A stretch of 58,610 bases of DNA from Gemmatimonadota bacterium (GCA_031372565.1 JANMLN010000181.1:1-58610); one strand, 5' to 3'. Counted from the stretch's first letter, positions 1-11,038 are shown. The notes: generated by a model from the letters alone, not told the origin. Program-made: numbers and translations.

Positions 1-51
1 CTTCGCTTTGCTCAGGACGACAAGCAGGTCCATCGCTGCGCTCATGAAGAC
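1..51 (-). repeat. Two tandem copies (one truncated by the window edge, one degenerate) of the REP-like GTCGTCCTGAGCGAAGCGAAGGACCTGCT element
   Basis: Reverse complement of 1-21 is GTCGTCCTGAGCAAAGCGAAG; that of 22-51 is GTCTTCATGAGCGCAGCGATGGACCTGCTT. Both match the copies at 15700 and 16117-16221. The degenerate copy contains the glyA stop codon. Confidence 0.8.
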
Positions 52-1328
52 GAACAGGTGACCGGGTACAGCGGGAAGTGATCGGTGAGCGCCATCACGT
101 CGGCGCGCACCGCGGCCGCCACCGCCGCATCGTCCGGCGCAAGCAACACACGGTCGATGAACCCCGCGATGTGCGCCATCTCCGCTTCGCCCATGCCGCG
201 CGTCGTCACGGCCGGCGTGCCGATGCGGATACCGCTCGTCACGAACGGGCTCTGCGTCTCCTTCGGCACGGTGTTCTTGTTCACCGTGATCGCGGCATGA
301 TCGAGCGACTTCTCGGCCATCTTGCCCGTCAGCCCCTTGTTGCGCAGGTCGAGCAGCATGAGGTGATTGTCGGTGCCGCCGCTGACCACGTGATACCCCT
401 TGGCCATCAGCGCTGCGGCGAGTGCCCGGGCATTGGCCACCACCTGATGGCTGTACGTCGTGAACTCCGGGCGCAGCGCCTCGAGGAACGCGACCGCCTT
501 GCCCGCGATGACATGCTCCAAGGGACCGCCCTGCGTACCGGGGAACATCGCCTTGTCGATCGCCCTGGCGTGTTGCGCCTTGCACAGGATCAGCCCGCCG
601 CGCGGTCCGCGCAGCGTCTTGTGCGTCGTCGTCGTGACGACGTCCGCATACGGCACCGGCGACGGATACGCGCCCGTGGCCGACAGTCCGGCGAAGTGTG
701 CCATGTCCACGAGGAAGATGGCGCCGACTTCCTTGGCGACATCGGCGAAGGCCTGGAAGTCGAGCACGCGCGAGTACGCCGAGAAGCCGGCAATGATCAT
801 CTTCGGCTTGTGCGCGCGGGCCTTGGCGCGCATGTCGTCGTAATCGATCAGCCCCTGCTCCGTCACGCCGTAGTGGACGGCGTTGTAGATCAGCCCCGAG
901 AAGTTGACCGGCGAGCCATGCGTGAGATGCCCGCCCTGCGAGAGGTCGAGCCCGAGCACCGTGTCGCCCGGCTTGAGGAACGCGAGGTACACCGCCGCGT
1001 TCGCCTGCGCCCCCGAGTGCGGTTGCACGTTGGCATGTTCGGCCTTGAACAGCTCCTTGGCGCGATCGATCGCCAGCTGTTCGGCTTCATCGACCACTTC
1101 GCAGCCGCCATAGTACCGCTTGCCCGGCAACCCCTCGGCGTACTTGTTGGTGAGCGGTGAACCGACCGCCTCCATGACCGCGGGCGACACGAAGTTCTCG
1201 CTCGCGATCAGTTCGAGTCCCTCGGACTGGCGCGTGATCTCGCGGCGGATGATCGCGGCGATGGCGGGATCGGTCTCGGTCAGCGCACGACCCGGCGGGG
1301 TACGGTCCCACTCACTCCACTTGATCAC
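42..1328 (-). CDS. glyA: Serine hydroxymethyltransferase
   Basis: Motifs [41 protein letters not shown] start at 1328 overlaps the rpiB stop (GTGA). Confidence 0.97.
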   Translation of the reverse strand: MIKWSEWDRTPPGRALTETDPAIAAIIRREITRQSEGLELIASENFVSPAVMEAVGSPLTNKYAEGLPGKRYYGGCEVVDEAEQLAIDRAKELFKAEHANVQPHSGAQANAAVYLAFLKPGDTVLGLDLSQGGHLTHGSPVNFSGLIYNAVHYGVTEQGLIDYDDMRAKARAHKPKMIIAGFSAYSRVLDFQAFADVAKEVGAIFLVDMAHFAGLSATGAYPSPVPYADVVTTTTHKTLRGPRGGLILCKAQHARAIDKAMFPGTQGGPLEHVIAGKAVAFLEALRPEFTTYSHQVVANARALAAALMAKGYHVVSGGTDNHLMLLDLRNKGLTGKMAEKSLDHAAITVNKNTVPKETQSPFVTSGIRIGTPAVTTRGMGEAEMAHIAGFIDRVLLAPDDAAVAAAVRADVMALTDHFPLYPVTCSSS

Positions 1329-1771
1329 TTGGATTCCTCGCGTTCGATCTTCTCGACACGGCGCTCGTGGCGCCCGCCTTCGAAGGGGGTGTTGAGCCAG
1401 GTTTCGAGGATCTGCACCGCATCCTCGTCGGACAAGAAGCGCGCCGGAAGGACCAGCACGTTGGCGTCGTTGTGCTGCCGCGCGAGCGATGCGATCTCCG
1501 GAGACCACGCCACGGCGGCGCGCACGTGCGGATAGCGGTTGGCGGTGTAACTCATGCCAAGACCGGTGCCGCACATCAGCACGCCGCGCGTGACCTCGCC
1601 GCTCGAGACTTCCTGCGCGAGCGGGTGCGCGTAGTCGGCGTAATCGGTGCTGTCGGTGGAGCGGGTGCCCAGGTCCTGCACCTCGAAGCCCAGCTGCTTC
1701 AGCCTGCCCGCGAGCACCTGCTTGAGGGCGAAGCCGGCGTGATCGCTGGCGATGGGAATGCGTTCGGCCAT
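1325..1771 (-). CDS. rpiB: Ribose-5-phosphate isomerase B (RpiB/LacAB family)
   Basis: [39 protein letters not shown] motifs in the C-terminal part of ORF 1325..2440; ATG at 1771. Confidence 0.93.
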   Translation of the reverse strand: MAERIPIASDHAGFALKQVLAGRLKQLGFEVQDLGTRSTDSTDYADYAHPLAQEVSSGEVTRGVLMCGTGLGMSYTANRYPHVRAAVAWSPEIASLARQHNDANVLVLPARFLSDEDAVQILETWLNTPFEGGRHERRVEKIEREESK

Positions 1772-1836
1772 GCCGGAAAGTAACCGCCCCGACGCCGCAG
1801 CGAAGCGGCCCCGGGGCGATGCGTGTTCCGACGCCC

Positions 1837-2910
1837 TCAGCTCTTGCGCGGGTACACCGGCCATGGCCGCATCATGCCGCCCACGGCCTTGATCCGCAGC
1901 TCCGCGAGCCGGTCCGCCGCCACGTACGTCGGCACCCCCGACTGCTTGGCAATGTCGAACACGCCGAGAATCGTGTCGTAGATCTCGCCCGCCTTGCGGT
2001 AGGCCCGCGCCTGGTCCCAACCGGCCAGCTCGCGATACACGTTGATCACGCCACCGGCGTTCGCGACGTAGTCCGGCGCGTACGTGATGCCGCGCGACTC
2101 GAGCTCGTCGCCATGGCGTGCCTCGAGGAGCTGGTTGTTGGCCGCCCCTGCCACGATCTCGCACTGGAGCTTCGGAATCGTCTGGTCGTTGATCACGCCG
2201 CCGAGGGCACAGGGCGCGTACACGTCCACGGGCGCGGCGTGAACCTCCGTCGGGTCCACCGGCGTCGCCGCAAAATCGTGCACCACGCGCTTGACCCGCT
2301 CCGCGTCGATGTCGCTCACCACCAACCGCGCGCCGGCCGCGTGGAGCTCCTTGCAGAGCCCGTACCCCACATGTCCCAGCCCCTGCACCGCCACCCTCTT
2401 GCCCTCGAGGTTGGTCGAGCCCCACCGATGCATCGCGCACGCCTCGATGGCGCGGAAGACGCCATGCGCGGTCACGGGGCTCGGATCGCCCGAGCGCGCC
2501 GCCAACCCGGCCACGTAGTCGGTCTCCATGTGCACGTAGTCCATGTCGGCCGGGCTCGTGCCCACGTCCTCGGCGGTCACGTAGCGTCCGCCCAGCGTCT
2601 CGACGAAGCGCCCGTGCGCGCGGAACAACATCTCGCGCCGCACCGTGCGATTGTCACCAATGATCACGGCCTTGCCGCCGCCCAGATTGAGCCCCGCCAC
2701 GGCGTTCTTGTAGGTCATGCCGCGCGCCAGGCGCAGCGCATCGACCATGGCTTCCTCATCGGAGGCGTAGTGCCAGAACCGGGTGCCGCCCAAGGCCGGC
2801 CCCAGCGTCGTGTCATGAATCGCGATGATGCCGCGGTAGCCGCTCTCCTTGTCGTGGCAGAGCACCACCTGCTCGTGGCCCATCTCGGCGATCGTATCGA
2901 ATAGCTGCAT
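1837..2910 (-). CDS. Leucine dehydrogenase (Glu/Leu/Phe/Val dehydrogenase family)
   Basis: [48 protein letters not shown]. Confidence 0.93.
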   Translation of the reverse strand: MQLFDTIAEMGHEQVVLCHDKESGYRGIIAIHDTTLGPALGGTRFWHYASDEEAMVDALRLARGMTYKNAVAGLNLGGGKAVIIGDNRTVRREMLFRAHGRFVETLGGRYVTAEDVGTSPADMDYVHMETDYVAGLAARSGDPSPVTAHGVFRAIEACAMHRWGSTNLEGKRVAVQGLGHVGYGLCKELHAAGARLVVSDIDAERVKRVVHDFAATPVDPTEVHAAPVDVYAPCALGGVINDQTIPKLQCEIVAGAANNQLLEARHGDELESRGITYAPDYVANAGGVINVYRELAGWDQARAYRKAGEIYDTILGVFDIAKQSGVPTYVAADRLAELRIKAVGGMMRPWPVYPRKS

Positions 2911-2951
2911 GCGTCAGGAATCGAAAAGGGAAATGGCGCTGGAACGAGGCG

Positions 2952-4115
2952 CTACGCCGACAGCGCGCGCGCAATGACGACCCGCTGGATCTCCGAGGTG
3001 CCCTCGTAGATCTCGGTGACCTTCGCGTCGCGGAAATAGCGTTCGACGGGATACTCCTTCACGTAGCCGTAGCCGCCGAAGACCTGCACCGCCTGGGTGG
3101 TCACCCACATGGCGGTCTCGCTCGCGAGCAACTTGCTCATCGAGCCGAACATGCCGACGTTCTCGCCGCGGTCCTTGGCGGCAGCCGTCGCATGGAGGAG
3201 CGTGCGCGCACTGGCGATCCGCGTGGCCATGTCGGCGAGCTTGAACTGGATGGCCTGAAAGTCGCGAATCGGTTGCCCGAACTGCGTGCGCTCGCCCGCG
3301 TACGCCACCGCGGCCTCGAACGCCGCCCGCGCGATGCCGATCGCCTGCGCGGCAATCCCCAGTCGTCCGTGATCGAGCGACTGCATGGCGTAGATGAACC
3401 CCTGCCCCGCTTCGCCGAGGAGGTTGGCGGCCGGCACTCGCATCTCGTCGAACCGAAGCTGCACGGTCGGCGACGCGCGCAACCCCATCTTGTCTTCCTT
3501 CTTGCTCACGCTGAAGCCGGGAAGATCGGGGGTGACGATGAACGCCGAGATCCCCTTGGCGCCCTTGCGAGCGCCGGGCTGGTCGGTGCGCACCATCGCG
3601 AGAATGACGTCGGCCGTGCTGCCATTGGTGACCCACGCCTTGGTACCGGTCAGCACCCAGTGGTCGCCATCCCGCACGGCCTGCGCCGAGAGCGACGCGG
3701 CATCGGACCCCGCCTCGGGCTCGGAGAGCGCGAACGCGCCCAGCTTCTCGCCACGGGCCATCGGACCGAGAAAGCGCGCCTGCTGGTCTGCGTTGCCCCA
3801 CCGAAGCAACATCTGCGTGGGCAGCGAGTTGTGCACGCTCATCATCACCGCCGCGCTCGCATCGGCGGCCGCAATCTCCTCGAGCGCGAGCAGGTAGCTG
3901 ATCGTGTCGAGCGCGAGCCCGTCGTGCGCTTCCGGCAGCAGCATGCCGAGAAAGCCCAGCTGTCCGAGCTTGCCGACCAGCGCGGGCTCGAAGTACGCAT
4001 CGCGATCCCATTCCTCCGCGAACGGGGTGATCTCGTTGGCGGCGAACTCGCGCGCCAGCCGTTGAATCTCGCGCTGCGTTTCGCTGAGCGGTGTCAGGAG
4101 TGTATCGGTCGGCAT
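2952..4115 (-). CDS. Acyl-CoA dehydrogenase (short/branched chain)
   Basis: FALSEPEAGSD, GTKAWVTNG, FGGYGY, IYEGTSEIQR; ATG at 4115. Confidence 0.93.
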   Translation of the reverse strand: MPTDTLLTPLSETQREIQRLAREFAANEITPFAEEWDRDAYFEPALVGKLGQLGFLGMLLPEAHDGLALDTISYLLALEEIAAADASAAVMMSVHNSLPTQMLLRWGNADQQARFLGPMARGEKLGAFALSEPEAGSDAASLSAQAVRDGDHWVLTGTKAWVTNGSTADVILAMVRTDQPGARKGAKGISAFIVTPDLPGFSVSKKEDKMGLRASPTVQLRFDEMRVPAANLLGEAGQGFIYAMQSLDHGRLGIAAQAIGIARAAFEAAVAYAGERTQFGQPIRDFQAIQFKLADMATRIASARTLLHATAAAKDRGENVGMFGSMSKLLASETAMWVTTQAVQVFGGYGYVKEYPVERYFRDAKVTEIYEGTSEIQRVVIARALSA

Positions 4116-4116
4116 C

Positions 4117-4980
4117 TCAGCCCTTGGGGGCGGTCTCGTAGTGATAGAAGCCGCGGCCACTCTTCTTGCCGAGCCAGCCAGCGGCGACGTACTTCCGGAG
4201 CAACGGACAGGGCCGGTACTTGGGATCGCCCAGTCCGGTGTGCATGACCTCGAGAATCGCGAGGCAGGTGTCCAACCCGATGAAGTCGGCGAGCGTGAGC
4301 GGCCCCATCGGGTGATTCATGCCGAGCTTCATGACGGTGTCCACGGCCTCGGGCGTCGCGACCCCTTCCATGACGCAGTACACCGCCTCGTTGATCATCG
4401 GCATCAGGATCCGGTTCGCCACGAAGCCGGGGTAGTCATTCACCTCGACCGGCACCTTGCCCACGGCCTTCGCCAGCGCGAGCGTGCGAGCCGTGGTGGC
4501 ATCGCTCGTGGCGATGCCGCGAATGACCTCCACCAGCTGCATCAGCGGGACCGGGTTCATGAAATGCATCCCGATGACATCGGCGGGCCGCGTGGTGCGC
4601 GCGGCAATCTCGGTGATGGCAATCGAGCTGGTGTTGCTCGCGAGAATGGCTCCCGCGGGCGCAATGGCGTCGAGGTCGGCGAACAGCTTGAACTTGAGGT
4701 CGACGCGTTCCGTCGCTGCCTCGACCACAAGCGTCGCGTCGTGCGCCGCACCCATCTCGGTTGCCGTCGTCAGCCGGGCGAGGGTCGCATCGCGTGTCGC
4801 CTGATCGATCGTCCCCTTCTTGAGCTGGCGATCGAGGTTCGACGTGATCGTCGCCCTCCCCTTGTCGAGCGCGGCCTGTGCGACGTCGATCATCACGACC
4901 GGAAAGCCGTGCTGCGCGAAGACGTGCGCGATGCCGTTGCCCATCTGGCCGGCGCCAATGACGGCGACACGGTCGGTCAT
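4117..4980 (-). CDS. 3-hydroxybutyryl-CoA dehydrogenase
   Basis: VIGAGQMGNGIA Rossmann motif, SNTSS, GMHFMNP, PMGPLTLADFIGLD, GWLGKKSGRGFY. Confidence 0.93.
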   Translation of the reverse strand: MTDRVAVIGAGQMGNGIAHVFAQHGFPVVMIDVAQAALDKGRATITSNLDRQLKKGTIDQATRDATLARLTTATEMGAAHDATLVVEAATERVDLKFKLFADLDAIAPAGAILASNTSSIAITEIAARTTRPADVIGMHFMNPVPLMQLVEVIRGIATSDATTARTLALAKAVGKVPVEVNDYPGFVANRILMPMINEAVYCVMEGVATPEAVDTVMKLGMNHPMGPLTLADFIGLDTCLAILEVMHTGLGDPKYRPCPLLRKYVAAGWLGKKSGRGFYHYETAPKG

Positions 4981-5885
4981 GTGCGTATCTCCCTGGAGGC
5001 GCGGGCCTCCGTGAACAGGACGCGTCCGTCCGGACGCGCGAGCAGGACCGCCGTGGCGGCCATCATGCCGAGCGCGGCGAGTGCGCCACCCTCGGGTCCC
5101 CACGTTCCACCAGTCGCCCACGCCGGGCCCACATCCACCAGCCGATAGCTCGGCGTGGTGAACGCAAAACCACTCACCTTGGCGTGCAGCACCAGGGCCA
5201 TCGACGCGTTCCAGGCCACATGCGCGACCGCGGCCGCCCACACGCTGCCCGTGACCAGCCGCACCAGTCCCAGCCAGCATCCGGCCACCAGGACACTCGC
5301 AATCGACGCGACCGTCGCCCCGGGATTGGCCACGTGCATCAGCGCAAACAGCACACTCGACGCGGCCAGCGTGGCGGCAGCGCCAAACCGCTCCGCCACG
5401 GCGGCGAACGCGTAGCCACAGAACATCAGCTCCTCCGCCAACGCGGCCGGCGCGAGCACGAACACCATCGACGCGACAAGAGCGAGCCACTGCGAGTCGG
5501 TTGTACGCTCGAACGACAACCATCCGGCGGCCACCAACGCGAGCGACGGCACCAGAATGGCCGCTGCCCCCTGCACGACTCCGAGGCGCAGCCCGGTGCC
5601 GCCGAGCGCGGCACGGTCGAGACCGAGCTGCGCCCACGACAGAAAGGGATCAATGTTCCGTCGGACGAGCAGGTGCGCCACCGCAACGCCGAACAGCGAC
5701 ATCCACGGCCACGCCACCAGCCGCACCCCCGCCGCGCCGAGCAGGCCGGAGACCAGCGGATACACGATGAAGGCAGCGCCCATGTTGGCGGCAATGATGA
5801 AGCAGACGAACGCGGCCAAGCGCCACGGCCAGTGCATCCGGCCGCGCCCATCCACGAAGACGCGTTCGACGAAGGCTGAGTCCAT
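4977..5885 (-). CDS. CPBP (CAAX/Abi) family intramembrane glutamic endopeptidase
   Basis: Multiple hydrophobic helices; AEELMFCG, FALMH and AHVAWN motifs. Start approximate. Confidence 0.8.
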   Translation of the reverse strand: MDSAFVERVFVDGRGRMHWPWRLAAFVCFIIAANMGAAFIVYPLVSGLLGAAGVRLVAWPWMSLFGVAVAHLLVRRNIDPFLSWAQLGLDRAALGGTGLRLGVVQGAAAILVPSLALVAAGWLSFERTTDSQWLALVASMVFVLAPAALAEELMFCGYAFAAVAERFGAAATLAASSVLFALMHVANPGATVASIASVLVAGCWLGLVRLVTGSVWAAAVAHVAWNASMALVLHAKVSGFAFTTPSYRLVDVGPAWATGGTWGPEGGALAALGMMAATAVLLARPDGRVLFTEARASREIRT

Positions 5886-5905
5886 CACGACGCGGGGCGT
5901 CCCGC

Positions 5906-7111
5906 TCAGGCCGTGCGCTCGACCTCGAGCGCGACCGCATCGCCACCGCCCAGGCAGAGCGTCGCCAGCCCGCGCCTCGCGCCGCGGTCGGCCATCGCGT
6001 GCAGCAGCGTGACCAGCACCCGAGCGCCGCTCGCGCCGATCGGGTGCCCGAGTGCCGTGGCGCCGCCGTTCACGTTCACCCGCGACCAGTCCCACCCGAG
6101 ACCATCACCGTCCGCGAGCGCCTGCGCAGCGAAGGCCTCGTTCGCCTCGATCAGGTCATAGTCGCCGATCGACCGCCCGTGCTGCTGCATCAGGCGCTGT
6201 ACCGCCACGATCGGCGCGAAAAACAGGTCGCGTGGATGCGTTGCGCCCGTCCCGTAGCCGGTGATCGTCGCCAGCACGTTGAGCCCGTGCGCGGCCGCAT
6301 ACGCCGCCGACGTGACCACGAGCGCCGCAGCCCCGTCGTTGAGCGAACTGGCGTTCCCCGCCGTGACCGTCAGGTCGGTGGTGTCCTTGCCCGGGAACGC
6401 CGGGCGCAGCTTGCCCAGCGAGTCCGCGCTCGTGTCGGCTCGCGGCCCCTCGTCCGCATCCACGACCGTTGGCCCCTTCTTGCCGGCAATCTCCACCGGC
6501 ACGATCTCGGCCCTGAACCGCCCCGCCTGCTGAGCGGCAATCGCCTTCTGGTGCGACGCGGCGGCGAACGCATCCTGCGCCGCGCGCGTGACCCCCGCCT
6601 TGGCCGCCGTGTACTCCGCGTGCGAGCCCATGTGCACGCCGCAGGTGGCACACCAGAGGCCGTCCTTGATCATGCCATCGACCATGGTCTGGTCACCGAT
6701 CTTCACACCGCCGCGCATGCCGTACACATAGTGCGCGGCGTTGGACATCGACTCCTGCCCACCCGCCACGATCACCTGCGCGTCGCCTGCCTTGATCGCC
6801 TGCGCCGCCAGCATCACGGCCTTGAGGCCGGAGCCACAGACCTGATTGATCGTGACCGCCGACGCCGTGGCCGGAATGCCGGCCTTGAGCATCGCCTGTC
6901 GGCCGGGTGCCTGCCCGGTGCCACCCTGCAGCACGTGGCCCATGATGACCTCCTGCACGGCGTCGGGGTCGACCCCGCTCCGAGCCAACGCCGAGCGAAT
7001 CGCGATCGCGCCCAGCTCCGTCGCAGAAAACGAGGCGAGCGCGCCGAGATACTTGCCGATCGGCGTCCGGGCGGCACCAACGATGACGGGCGTGTGAGTG
7101 GAATCAGACAT
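5906..7111 (-). CDS. Acetyl-CoA C-acetyltransferase (thiolase)
   Basis: [15 protein letters not shown] (catalytic Cys), [19 protein letters not shown]. Confidence 0.95.
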   Translation of the reverse strand: MSDSTHTPVIVGAARTPIGKYLGALASFSATELGAIAIRSALARSGVDPDAVQEVIMGHVLQGGTGQAPGRQAMLKAGIPATASAVTINQVCGSGLKAVMLAAQAIKAGDAQVIVAGGQESMSNAAHYVYGMRGGVKIGDQTMVDGMIKDGLWCATCGVHMGSHAEYTAAKAGVTRAAQDAFAAASHQKAIAAQQAGRFRAEIVPVEIAGKKGPTVVDADEGPRADTSADSLGKLRPAFPGKDTTDLTVTAGNASSLNDGAAALVVTSAAYAAAHGLNVLATITGYGTGATHPRDLFFAPIVAVQRLMQQHGRSIGDYDLIEANEAFAAQALADGDGLGWDWSRVNVNGGATALGHPIGASGARVLVTLLHAMADRGARRGLATLCLGGGDAVALEVERTA

Positions 7112-7170
7112 GTATGGGCCTTCAGGCGATCTGGAGACGGAGTCAGACCCACCCGAACGGGCAGGGACCT

Positions 7171-8304
7171 TTAAGATAGCAGGGAAAGCGGCGACACCAG
7201 CCGCTTGAGCGCCCGCGGGGCCACCTCGTGCCACTTCATCTCACCCGTGAGGAGTCGCCCCATCGTCTGGGTCGCGCTCGGACGCGTGATCCCCACCGAA
7301 TACGCCAGGCGCGGCATCGCGTAGAAAGCCTTGGCCACGCGGGCGGCCCACTTCATGTCGCGCCCATGCTCGCGGGCAATCCGTTCCGAGTACGCGGCCA
7401 ATGCGCCGGCGTCGCCCCTGAACCAGGCGGCGGCGCACTCCGCCGCGACCATGCCGGTGAAGAGCGACGGACGAATCCCCTCGGCCGTGAACGGGTCGAC
7501 GATGCCGGCCGCCTCGCCGCAGAGCAGCGCGCCGTCCGTGTGCAGCACCGAGTCACCCTGCCAGAGGAGCAGCGGATGCCCGTGCTGCTTCACGCCGTCC
7601 ATCGAGAGCCCGAAGTAGCGCGTGTACTCGGCGAGCGGCGTCCGCAGGTCGACCGACTTCTGTCCCCACGCCCCGATGCCGATCGAGTGGCAGTCCTTCT
7701 TCGGGAAGTTCCAGAGATAGCCGTTGTTCACCATGCCGAACTCGAAGTGCGCGATGTGCGGTTCCGGCACCGGCGCATTGACCTCGATCTCGATGGCACC
7801 ACCAATCACGACCTGCCGCTTGGCGAGTCCGAGCCATTTGGCGGTCTGCCCCTTGGCGCCGTCGGCGCCGATGAGCAGGCGCGACTCATGCACCCCCTGA
7901 TCGGTGGTCACGCGCCACCGCCCGCCCTCCCGCACGATGGATTGCACGGTCTCGCCCGTCCGCAGCGTGGCCCCGCGCGCGACCGCGTGCTGAATGAGGT
8001 GATGGTCGAACTCGTCGCGGCGCACCATCCAGAGCGGCTCCCGCAGCTCCAGCGGGGCATCCACGCGCTCGCCCATGTTCCAGGTGTACCGCACCGTGTC
8101 GACCATCGCCGAGACCGCCGGCGTGAAGTCGATGTCGAACCAGCCGCGCACCTCTGGCCCGACGCCACCGCCACAGGGCTTGTAGCGCGGGAGTGCCTGC
8201 TTCTCGAGCACGAGCGCGGAATGCCCGAGGCGCGCGAGATGCCACGCGGCAGAACCGCCGCCGGGGCCGGCACCAATGATGATCACGTCGAACAGGGGCG
8301 TCAT
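7171..8304 (-). CDS. Geranylgeranyl reductase family flavoprotein
   Basis: IIGAGPGG FAD motif, PRYKPCGGG, GADGA, GYLWNFPK, GEAAGIVDPFTAEGI; ATG at 8304. Confidence 0.88.
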   Translation of the reverse strand: MTPLFDVIIIGAGPGGGSAAWHLARLGHSALVLEKQALPRYKPCGGGVGPEVRGWFDIDFTPAVSAMVDTVRYTWNMGERVDAPLELREPLWMVRRDEFDHHLIQHAVARGATLRTGETVQSIVREGGRWRVTTDQGVHESRLLIGADGAKGQTAKWLGLAKRQVVIGGAIEIEVNAPVPEPHIAHFEFGMVNNGYLWNFPKKDCHSIGIGAWGQKSVDLRTPLAEYTRYFGLSMDGVKQHGHPLLLWQGDSVLHTDGALLCGEAAGIVDPFTAEGIRPSLFTGMVAAECAAAWFRGDAGALAAYSERIAREHGRDMKWAARVAKAFYAMPRLAYSVGITRPSATQTMGRLLTGEMKWHEVAPRALKRLVSPLSLLS

Positions 8305-8388
8305 GCGGGGGGAATCTAGCGGCACGCCGGGGGGCGCTGCTCGTGCATCCGCATTGACGCGACACCGCGACGGACGCGACATTGCCGC

Positions 8389-8901
8389 ATGGCTGCAACC
8401 ACCCGCGCACGGATCGACGCACCCGACGCGCCCCGATACGCCGAGCATGAGGAGCGCGCGCTCGCGCTCTGGATCGTGCTCTCGCGCGCGGCGAGTGCCG
8501 TGGGCGCCGTCACCGACGCCGATATCGCGCGGTCCGGACTGACGCAGGCGGAGTTCGGCGTGCTGGAACTGCTGTATCACAAGGGTCCGCACCTGCTCGG
8601 TGAGCTGCAGCGGAAGGTGCTCGTGTCGAGCGGCGGCGTGACGTACATCGTCGATCGCCTGACCGAGCGGGGCCTGGTGGAGCGGCGGCTGTGCCCCAGC
8701 GACCGGCGCGCGCGCTACGCCGCCGTGACGCGCAAGGGGAAGGCGCTGATGAAGCAGATCTTTCCGCAACACGCGGCGGCCGTGGCCGACGCGGTCGCGG
8801 CGCTGAGTCCGGCGGAGCAGGCGCAGGCCCGCGCGCTGCTGAAGAAGCTGGGACTGGGCGCGGCCGGCGTGCTGGGTCCGAAGGCCGCGCGGGAGCCGTA
8901 G
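8389..8901 (+). CDS. MarR family transcriptional regulator (MhqR-like)
   Basis: GLTQAEFGVLELLYHKGP, SSGGVTYIVDRL, CPSDRR, IFPQHA resemble MhqR-type MarR proteins. Confidence 0.9.
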   Translation: MAATTRARIDAPDAPRYAEHEERALALWIVLSRAASAVGAVTDADIARSGLTQAEFGVLELLYHKGPHLLGELQRKVLVSSGGVTYIVDRLTERGLVERRLCPSDRRARYAAVTRKGKALMKQIFPQHAAAVADAVAALSPAEQAQARALLKKLGLGAAGVLGPKAAREP

Positions 8902-8945
8902 GACGGGACGGTGGGTGGGCGATCGGTGCGTCCGGTAGCCCGCTC

Positions 8946-8975
8946 TTGACAATTTATCTTAGTAATGAGATATTC
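8946..8975 (+). promoter_or_regulatory. Sigma70-type promoter overlapped by a palindromic MarR/MhqR-type operator
   Basis: TTGACA at 8946-8951. Imperfect inverted repeat TATCTTAGTAATGAGATA (14/18 symmetric) at 8955-8972, in an AT-rich island upstream of the YceI gene. Confidence 0.75.
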
Positions 8976-9036
8976 AGTACAGAGCCATCTGCGCCCTGCC
9001 GGCGCGCTCCCTCCCGTTTACCCGAGGACTCTGTCC

Positions 9037-9588
9037 ATGACCGCTGTCGCCCCGACCACCGCCCTCCAGACCTGGCACATCGACCCCACCCACTCCGCGG
9101 TGAGCTTCGCCGTGCGGCACATGATGTTCGCGACCGTTCGCGGGCAGTTCGGTGACGTGTCCGGTTCGATCTCCATGGAGCAGGACGATCCCCGCACGAC
9201 CGCGGTGGACGTGAGCATCGGCACGGCGTCGATCGACACGCGCATGCCGCAGCGCGACGCGCATCTGACCTCCCCCGACTTCTTCGATGCCGCCACCTTC
9301 CCCACGGCCACCTTCGCGGGCCGTGGCGCCACCGCGAACGGCGACGGGAGCTGGGCGCTGGGCGGCACCCTCACGATCCGCGGCGTGTCCAAGCCGGTGG
9401 TCCTGCAGGTGCGCCCCCTCGGCACCGGCAACGACCCGTGGGGGAAGGTGCGCTCGGCGTGGACCGCAACGGTCACGATCGACCGCCGCGAGTTCGGCCT
9501 GAACTGGAACCAGGCGTTGGAAGCGGGCGGCGTCCTGGTGGCGACCGACGTCGACCTGACGCTCGATATTCAGGCCGTGCAGGGGTAG
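9037..9588 (+). CDS. YceI family polyisoprenoid-binding protein
   Basis: WHIDPTHSAVSFAVRH, SIDT..RDAHL..PDFFD, LTIRGVSKPV, IDRREFGL. Confidence 0.92.
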   Translation: MTAVAPTTALQTWHIDPTHSAVSFAVRHMMFATVRGQFGDVSGSISMEQDDPRTTAVDVSIGTASIDTRMPQRDAHLTSPDFFDAATFPTATFAGRGATANGDGSWALGGTLTIRGVSKPVVLQVRPLGTGNDPWGKVRSAWTATVTIDRREFGLNWNQALEAGGVLVATDVDLTLDIQAVQG

Positions 9589-9632
9589 TCGGGGCAGGCT
9601 CCGCCGAGCGGAGCATTGCATTGTATCGAGCA

Positions 9633-9668
9633 TGCGGGCCCGGACGCGACCAGCGTCGGGCCCGTTTG
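9633..9668 (+). terminator. Putative intrinsic terminator after the YceI gene
   Basis: GCGGGCCCGGACGC-GACCA-GCGTCGGGCCCGT hairpin followed by a short T run. Confidence 0.45.
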
Positions 9669-9873
9669 TGCGTCGTGGCGTACCCACACCGCCCTTAGAT
9701 TCGTCTTGAGAGACCTCGGGGGTACTCGTGCTCCACTCTCGCCCAATCGCCTCGCTCATGTCGTTGCCGCCCGTGCGCTCATCCCAGCTCCTTCTCCTCG
9801 ACCTGCCGCCGGTCCGGTGGCGCGCACGAGTGCAGTTCGTCGAGCGTGTCTCCACCGGGAAGTCGTAACCACG

Positions 9874-11019
9874 ATGCGTGGACACGTGGTCGCGATGCTG
9901 CTGGACAGCGCCCTCTCAACGTGGGGAACGCGCGAAGACCTTCACATGCTGCTCGCCAAGGGGCTGATGGCGCGCGGCGTGTCCAAGGTGGTCCTGGTCT
10001 TCTCCCAGAGCCCGGCGCCCGATCTGCAAGAGCGGTATCGCGCCGAGGGCATTGCCGTCGAGTTCATCAATTACAAGGACGGCGCCTTCAATTTCTTCCG
10101 CCGTTTGCGCGACGTCGTGCGCACGTACTCCGTGACGGCGGTGCACATCGCGTTCTTCACGTACTTCAGCTGGATTCCGTGGATGGCGCGGCTTTCGGGC
10201 GTGCGCCACGTGATCTACCACGAACGCAACCCGGGCATTTTCCGTGCGACGTCGCTGAAGCGGCTGCTGTTGGTCGCGCGTACGCGCCTCATGTCGTTCC
10301 CCATGACGCGTGTCATCTCGATCTCGCACTTCCTCCGGGAGACGCTCGCGAAGGGCGGGATCCCGCCCGGGAAGATCTCCGTCATCCATCACGGCGTGGA
10401 CACCGCGCGATACTGTGCCGACGCGGGCGCGCGCGAGCGCGTGCGAGCCGAGCACGGCATACCGCCCGGCGAGCTCATGGTGGTGTCGCTCTGCCAGCTG
10501 ATGCGCCACAAGAACATCGACACGATGCTCGAGGCGGTCCGGCAACTCACGGATCGCGGCTTCCCGGTCCGCCTGTTGGTGATCGGTTCCGGCCCCATGC
10601 GCACGCAGTGGGAGGAACTCGCGAAGTCACTGGATGTGGTCGATCGGGTCCAGTGGCTGGGACGGATCCCGGATCCCGTCCCGATTCTCCAGGCGTGCGA
10701 CGTCTTCCTGTTGATTTCAGAGGGAGAAGGGTTCGGCTTGGCCATCGCCGAGGCGATGAGCTGTGGCATCGCCTCCATCGGGACGGTGAGCGGTGCCGTC
10801 CCGGAGATTGTCGAAGACGGGAAGAGCGGGCTCTTGATCCCGCTCCGCGACGCGACGGCGCTGGCCGACGCGATCTACCGGCTCGGCACCGACGAGCCGC
10901 TCCGGCGCACGCTCGCGCGCGCCGGCATGGACCGCGTGCATCGCGAGTTCACCATCGACGTGTCGACGGCCAAGATCGTCGACCTCTACGCCAGCGTGCT
11001 GCCGCCCGTGGCCCGGTAG
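9874..11019 (+). CDS. Glycosyltransferase family 4 (GT-B)
   Basis: IHHGVD, HKNID, EGFGLAIAE (EX7E motif), PEIVEDGKSG; ATG at 9874. Confidence 0.9.
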   Translation: MRGHVVAMLLDSALSTWGTREDLHMLLAKGLMARGVSKVVLVFSQSPAPDLQERYRAEGIAVEFINYKDGAFNFFRRLRDVVRTYSVTAVHIAFFTYFSWIPWMARLSGVRHVIYHERNPGIFRATSLKRLLLVARTRLMSFPMTRVISISHFLRETLAKGGIPPGKISVIHHGVDTARYCADAGARERVRAEHGIPPGELMVVSLCQLMRHKNIDTMLEAVRQLTDRGFPVRLLVIGSGPMRTQWEELAKSLDVVDRVQWLGRIPDPVPILQACDVFLLISEGEGFGLAIAEAMSCGIASIGTVSGAVPEIVEDGKSGLLIPLRDATALADAIYRLGTDEPLRRTLARAGMDRVHREFTIDVSTAKIVDLYASVLPPVAR

Positions 11020-11038
11020 CGGTCGCGCGCGTGCGCCC

